Origin: an uncultured Verrucomicrobiae bacterium
Lineage (GTDB): Bacteria; Verrucomicrobiota; Verrucomicrobiia; Chthoniobacterales; JAFAMB01
Assembly (NCBI GenBank): GCA_963837955.1
Contig: CAWIPH010000002.1
Location: 2,400,001 to 2,464,000, forward strand
DNA: 64,000 nt
Direction of reading: 5' to 3'
Part shown: piece by piece, positions 59,057 to 64,000 of the stretch
Layout: each line of letters begins with the position of its first letter
Position numbering within the stretch: position 1 is the first letter of the stretch
Notes under the pieces: generated by a model
What the model saw: the letters and a program-made list of their open reading frames with translations, nothing else
What the model was told of the DNA's origin: nothing
Database searches by the model: none
Position numbers and translations under genes: made by a program

Positions 59057-59156
59057 GGCGATGGAGCAGGCAAACCATTCTTAAGTTGACGCGTATGCGC
59101 GAACGCGGGACGACGGCGGAAGTACGAGAACAACTACTACCTGCTAACTGCTAATT

Positions 59157-61574
59157 GTGAACAGCCTACTATCACACCTCCGCTACACGATCCGGGTACT
59201 TGTGAAGTCGCCCGGATTCACCATTACCACGGTTCTAATCCTCGGTTTAGGGATCGGTGCCAATACGGCGATGTTCAGCCTAGTCGATGCGGTATTGCTT
59301 CGGCCGTTGCCCTATCCTGAGCCAGGTCGACTCATAAAACTTTGGGAGACCTTCCCGAACTCTAGCGAATACTCGCCGGTGTCTTATCCTGACTATCTCG
59401 ATTGGCGGTCCAACCAACGTACTTTCGATGATCTTTCGCTCTTCAGACCGAGTGACTTCAACTTGAGCAAAGATGGCGATCCTGAGCGATTCCGAGGAGC
59501 GTACATCACGGCCAGCTATTTCAGAGTGATGAAGATTTCGCCGCTGGTAGGTCGCGAGTTCTCCGAGGAGGAAGACCGGGCTGGTATGGCCAGGGTTGTC
59601 CTGTTAAGTGAACGACTGTGGCGCAGTCGTTTTCAAGGAGATCTGGGAATCATTGGACGCAAGTTGATCCTCAACGGGAACAGCCTGGAGGTTATTGGAG
59701 TTATTCCGGCGACTTTTGACGTCGCTCGGCGCGCCGATCTCTATGTTCCGTTGAGCCTGAATCCGGATCGGAGCTTCGTGAGCAGCCGCGACAGATACCA
59801 GTTCGATTGCATTGGGAGATTAAAGGAAGGAATTACTCAGGAGCAGGCCGAGGCCGATTTGCTTCTTATCTCCAGTAATCTTCAAGTCCGTTACCCGGGC
59901 ACCAATGCGGGAGTTAACGTCAAGCTGATCCCGCTACTGAAGAGCGTGGTAGGAGAATATAGCGCAACACTCTGGTTTCTCATGGGCGCGGTTGGCTTCC
60001 TGCTGCTGATTACCTGCGCTAACGTCACCAATTTGTTGCTGAGTCGAGCTGTTGGGCGGCACCGAGAGATTGTAGTTCGCGCCGCCCTGGGCGCTAGTCG
60101 CCGACGGATCATTGGACAACTGATGATGGAAAGCTTCGTTCTGTCCATACTCGGCGGTGTTCTTGGACTCCTTCTCACGTTCTGGATTGGCGACGGAATT
60201 ATTGCGCTCGGCCCCAAGGGTGTGCCACGTCTTCAGGAAGTTCGAGTCGACAGCATAGTGTTCGTCTTCTCTTTGCTCGTAACTGTTGCTACCGCTTTTC
60301 TATTTGGAGCGGTGCCTGCGTGGAGGATTTCTAGAACGGACCTAAACTCTGCACTGAAGGAGGAGGGAGGTCGAGGCGGCTCGATAGGCCGACAGCAATC
60401 GCGCAGTCAGGCGATTTTGGTCATTATTCAGGTCTCACTAGCGTGCGTCCTTCTCATGGCAACGGGACTGCTGGGCAGGAGTTTCCAAAAAGTCCAGGAT
60501 GTTCAACTAGGGTTCAGGCCTGATCATTTGCTCACCGCCGGAATTTCGTTGCCACCCTCGAAATATTCCGCCGATGTAAATCGGCGTGGCTTCTATGAGA
60601 ACCTCCTGGAAAGGACGATGCAAATACCAGGGGTACACGCTGCAGCGGTCAGCTCCAACCTGCCGTTTAGCGGCCATAACTCGGAGCAAGGATTCGTCAT
60701 TCCCGGCCAGGCTGAAACTCAGCAGGGCCCGGCCTATGAAGCACAGATTGTTTCGCCTGATTACTTTCGGGCGATGGAAATGCCTGTCTTGAGGGGACGA
60801 GGTTTCGACTCTACTGACAGGCAGGACAAGCCGTTGGTTATAGTCATCGATGAAACCTTCGCCCGCCGGTATTTCTCCGATCGCGATCCGATCGGGCAAC
60901 AGATCAGCGACAATGAAGAAGGGCAGCCTGGTAAGCAGTACACTATTATCGGGGTCGTTCCAACCGTGCGGCACGACGGTCTAGACGCTGAACCAAAATA
61001 TGTCCAAGCATACTTTCCATTTGCGCAGAATCCTTCGCCCGTAATCAGGCTGCTCGTACGGGCCGAGAGCGACCCTCTTTCCTTGACGAACTCGGTGCGG
61101 AAGGCAGTTCTTTCAGTTGATCCGGACCAACCAATTTTTGGTGTTGAGACGATGGAGAGTCTGGTGGGCAATAGCCTCGCGGGGCGTCGACTCTCAATGA
61201 TCCTAGCAAGCGTTTTCTCTGCTCTTGCCCTGTTTCTGACTGGGGCTGGTCTCTATGGCGTATTGGCGTATTCGATCGGCCAGCGGACGAGAGAGATCGC
61301 TATTCGTATCGCTTTGGGGGCCCCCACATCGAACATATTCGAATTGGTAGTTCGACAAGGATTCACGCTAGTCGGGACCGGCCTGATCATCGGTATTCTG
61401 GCGGCACTAATTTTTTCCCGATCTATCGGTAGCATTCTTTATGGTGTATCAGCCAACGATCCGCTAACGCTCGGGTTGACTGTGCTCGTTTTGGGTTTTG
61501 CCGGAGTTATTGCGTGTTTGCTTCCGGCGCTACGCGCAACGCGAATTAGTCCGATCATCGCGCTAAGAGAATAG
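59157..61574 (+). CDS. Duplicated ABC permease #6
   Basis: Same family motifs. Confidence 0.92.
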   Translation: MNSLLSHLRYTIRVLVKSPGFTITTVLILGLGIGANTAMFSLVDAVLLRPLPYPEPGRLIKLWETFPNSSEYSPVSYPDYLDWRSNQRTFDDLSLFRPSDFNLSKDGDPERFRGAYITASYFRVMKISPLVGREFSEEEDRAGMARVVLLSERLWRSRFQGDLGIIGRKLILNGNSLEVIGVIPATFDVARRADLYVPLSLNPDRSFVSSRDRYQFDCIGRLKEGITQEQAEADLLLISSNLQVRYPGTNAGVNVKLIPLLKSVVGEYSATLWFLMGAVGFLLLITCANVTNLLLSRAVGRHREIVVRAALGASRRRIIGQLMMESFVLSILGGVLGLLLTFWIGDGIIALGPKGVPRLQEVRVDSIVFVFSLLVTVATAFLFGAVPAWRISRTDLNSALKEEGGRGGSIGRQQSRSQAILVIIQVSLACVLLMATGLLGRSFQKVQDVQLGFRPDHLLTAGISLPPSKYSADVNRRGFYENLLERTMQIPGVHAAAVSSNLPFSGHNSEQGFVIPGQAETQQGPAYEAQIVSPDYFRAMEMPVLRGRGFDSTDRQDKPLVIVIDETFARRYFSDRDPIGQQISDNEEGQPGKQYTIIGVVPTVRHDGLDAEPKYVQAYFPFAQNPSPVIRLLVRAESDPLSLTNSVRKAVLSVDPDQPIFGVETMESLVGNSLAGRRLSMILASVFSALALFLTGAGLYGVLAYSIGQRTREIAIRIALGAPTSNIFELVVRQGFTLVGTGLIIGILAALIFSRSIGSILYGVSANDPLTLGLTVLVLGFAGVIACLLPALRATRISPIIALRE

Positions 61575-61857
61575 CTTGGGCTTGGGCGAGGATTCATGAA
61601 ATTCTATCTGTTCGAACGGTTCGAATGGAAACACGCCTCCTGCGGAATGATTCAGCTCGCAGCTGCCGATAACTTCCTACTTTGCTTCCTTTGCTACCTT
61701 CCAAACCTTCTTTGCTTACTTCTGTTGGCCGATAAGCCGCGCATCCGACCCCTGACCTGGAACGATCCGATCCAAGCGTTTCATTGATCTGTCGCAGCGA
61801 AACGGTTATGAAGGGCGGGGTCAGCAATTTTCCTTTGACCTCCTGGCAAGCAACAAT

Positions 61858-62484
61858 ATGAGAATCGCTTATTTGATTCTTTCCGTTGTCCTGAGCGCCG
61901 CCGGCGTTTTAGCTCAACAATCGCCCATAACCGCCACGACCGAAGACGGTCGGAAAATCTTGGTCTATCCAGACGGAACCTGGAAACCCGTAAAGCAGAC
62001 CGATAAGGAGAGCGCCGGGGGTAAATATGATCGGCCCACAGATTCTAAACTTTTCGTCAAGGCTACGAGAGGGACCTTTGGCGTCTGGATTAACGAGGAG
62101 AAGTGGAAACAATCAGCTCCGGCCGATGAAGCCGGTTCCAAGGTCACGTTTGAACACAAGAAAGATGATGCGTATGCAATGGTTATCTCCGAACGCATCC
62201 AGTTAACGATGGATGGGCTCAAAAATGCAGCCCTCAACAACGCGATAAGCGTGGCGCCTGATACCAAGATTGTCTTCGAGGAAAAGCGTGTCGTGAATGG
62301 CAAGGAAGTTCTTTGCATGAAAATGGCTGGCACATTGAAGGGCATAGCCTTCTTCTATTATGGTTATTACTACGGAGGTACGGAAGGCACTCTCCAGGTT
62401 GTGACTTACACATCCGCAAACCTCTTTGATGAGTACAAGGCGGACCTCGAAGAGTTTTTGGATGGCACTCAAATCGGTGGATAG
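61858..62484 (+). CDS. Exported hypothetical protein (N-terminal TEDGRKxxxxxDGTW motif, DUF3157-like)
   Basis: Clear signal peptide ending VLA|QQ; 208-aa ORF co-oriented with the array. Confidence 0.7.
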   Translation: MRIAYLILSVVLSAAGVLAQQSPITATTEDGRKILVYPDGTWKPVKQTDKESAGGKYDRPTDSKLFVKATRGTFGVWINEEKWKQSAPADEAGSKVTFEHKKDDAYAMVISERIQLTMDGLKNAALNNAISVAPDTKIVFEEKRVVNGKEVLCMKMAGTLKGIAFFYYGYYYGGTEGTLQVVTYTSANLFDEYKADLEEFLDGTQIGG

Positions 62485-62537
62485 CGCATTTTCCGTAATT
62501 CGATGGTTAGGGTGCTAGTGATGAACGCTGAGGTTCG

Positions 62538-62876
62538 TTACAGATTTATACAGAAGTAAGCGAAGAAGGTTTTGAACAGAAGGTAGCAAAGGAAGCAAAG
62601 TAGGATCCATTCGGCAGAGCGATGGACTGCGACCTCTGTTTTCTCCTGTTAAACTTGTGCTTGGGCGAGGGGTTCATGAAATTCTAGCTCTTCGAGAGGC
62701 TCGAATAGAAGACACACGTTGGGGCGATGATTGCGGCCTCGCCGGTAGCTTTTCACTTCTGTTTACCATGCTCTACCGAGGCTTCGCGGGAGTTGAAGAA
62801 TCTGAGGAACTTCAGTCTTTGCTTCCTTTGCTACCTTCTGTTCAAAACTTCTTTGCTCACTTCTGTTTGTCTGTAA
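62538..62876. mobile_element. MITE-like element with ~50-60 bp imperfect terminal inverted repeats
   Basis: ACAGAAGTAAGCGAAGAAGGTTTTGAACAGAAGGTAGCAAAGGAAGCAAAG at 62550-62600 is inverse to 62817-62866. Confidence 0.7.
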
Positions 62877-62938
62877 GCCGCGCTTTTGACTCCTGGTTCC
62901 GAGCAATCCATCGGCCAAGGGCTTCGTCGCATTTCGCA

Positions 62939-62974
62939 GTTCCAGAATGGGACAATTCCTTCTCATTTTGAGAC
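62939..62974. promoter_or_regulatory. Candidate tandem enhancer sites
   Basis: TTCTCATTTTGAGAC at 62960 and degenerate GTTCCAGAATGGGAC at 62939, 21 bp apart. Confidence 0.55.
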
Positions 62975-63134
62975 AGTCGCTACCAGGATAAGTCACCTCA
63001 CACAAAGACACGAAGCCGCAAAGGGTTGGCGAACCGCCGGACAAGGGTGCTTCGGCGCTCGGTGTTTTAGCGTGAGCCCTCTTTCGAGGCTCAAAATCTT
63101 GGCAGAGAACGGAAAGCACAAGATTTCGGCGGAG

Positions 63135-63149
63135 TGGCATACAAGCTGC
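63135..63149 (+). promoter_or_regulatory. Sigma54 -24/-12 promoter candidate
   Basis: TGGCATACAAGCTGC (GG-N10-GC), 30 bp before ATG 63179. Confidence 0.55.
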
Positions 63150-63178
63150 CTTCAGTAAGCAGAATTGCCCCCAGAACG

Positions 63179-64000
63179 ATGCACGGTTTGCTCCAATCGC
63201 TGCGCTACACCATCCGGCTGCTGCTGAAATCACCGGGATTTACGATTACTGCGGTTCTAATCCTCGGATTCGGGATCGGTACAAACACGGCCATCTTCAG
63301 TTTGATCGATGCAGTGCTCCTGAATCCGTTACCGTTTCCCAAAGCTGATCGGTTGATCCGCATCTCTCAACCTAGAACAAATGATGGGTACTGGTCGGAG
63401 TTAGATTATCCCGACTACCTGGATATTCGGAGTCGTAACCATAGCTTCGATGTCCTCTCTGTATCGTTTTGGTGGTATCTAGATTTGAGCGGTCAAGGGG
63501 AGGCCAGACGGCTTACTGCAATTTTTGCCTCTCCTGATCTATTCAGGGTTACAAATCTGCCATTCCTTCTTGGTCGGCCGTTTACTGAGGATGAAGACAA
63601 ATCCGGCGGACCGCTGGTGACAGTACTGAGCGAATCCTTGTGGCGGACCCGCTTCAATTCGGATCCGAACATTATCGGTAAGAACCTCATATTGAGTGGT
63701 GAAAGCTTTCAGGTCATTGGGGTATGTCCGAGACAAGCCGAAGACGTAACTACGCCTCCTGTCGATATCCTGTACGTGCCAGTACATGTGTCGGAGTTTT
63801 TCTACGGCTCATGGCTCCAGAAGCGTGAGGAACATGGCCTGTTCGGTTTTGGGAGATTGAAAGAAGGGGTCAGTCTTACTCAGGCCCAAGCCGATTTGGA
63901 AGTCATTCAGGGTAACTTGGTCGCCCAATATCCCGATACCGACAAAGGCTATGGGATTCGCGTCGTCCCTCTACTGGACAATACGGTCGCTACTTATTCG
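63179..64000 (+). CDS. Duplicated ABC permease #7, partial (runs off the window; absent from the ORF track)
   Basis: Manual translation [24 protein letters not shown]...[16 protein letters not shown]; open to the window end. Confidence 0.9.
   Translation, partial: MHGLLQSLRYTIRLLLKSPGFTITAVLILGFGIGTNTAIFSLIDAVLLNPLPFPKADRLIRISQPRTNDGYWSELDYPDYLDIRSRNHSFDVLSVSFWWYLDLSGQGEARRLTAIFASPDLFRVTNLPFLLGRPFTEDEDKSGGPLVTVLSESLWRTRFNSDPNIIGKNLILSGESFQVIGVCPRQAEDVTTPPVDILYVPVHVSEFFYGSWLQKREEHGLFGFGRLKEGVSLTQAQADLEVIQGNLVAQYPDTDKGYGIRVVPLLDNTVATYS

Noticed and set aside
44925..64000. Diversity-generating retroelement or integron behind the permease variation
   Set aside because: No reverse transcriptase or integrase in the window, substitutions are not adenine-restricted, and I could not identify attC-type ends

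Overview
This is a 64-kb bacterial accessory region of moderate GC with no rRNA, tRNA, CRISPR array or transposase gene that I can see. The LacI subtype, TonB receptor and expanded duplicated-permease family suggest a diderm soil organism such as Verrucomicrobiota or Acidobacteriota (inference only). Contents in order: (1) an aromatic catabolic operon (intradiol dioxygenase, CoA-transferase A/B, two-component flavin monooxygenase with an embedded FAD-synthetase-only gene, pcaF); (2) assorted enzymes; (3) a ~15-kb nucleoside/nucleotide salvage island (GntR, ECF transporter, PfkB kinase/ADP-ribosylglycohydrolase fusion, nucleoside hydrolase, TonB receptor with a sigma54-like promoter, BMP-type ABC transporter); (4) a TPR-DUF4331-HupE/UreJ triad and a His/Gly-rich exported protein, possibly metal handling; (5) a LacI-aldolase-CbbY-DhaL-DhaK operon; (6) a >20-kb array of at least seven MacB-like duplicated ABC permeases with one adaptor and one ATPase, and two sigma54-like promoters that share an upstream palindrome. 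Intergenic DNA is full of nested REP/MITE-like palindromes. One 40-62 bp hairpin family inserts just after a CT dinucleotide without target duplication, and both empty and filled sites are visible in the window. Two clear single-base frameshifts, plus two suspected ones, may be sequencing errors. All product calls come from motif recognition by eye; no database search was run.
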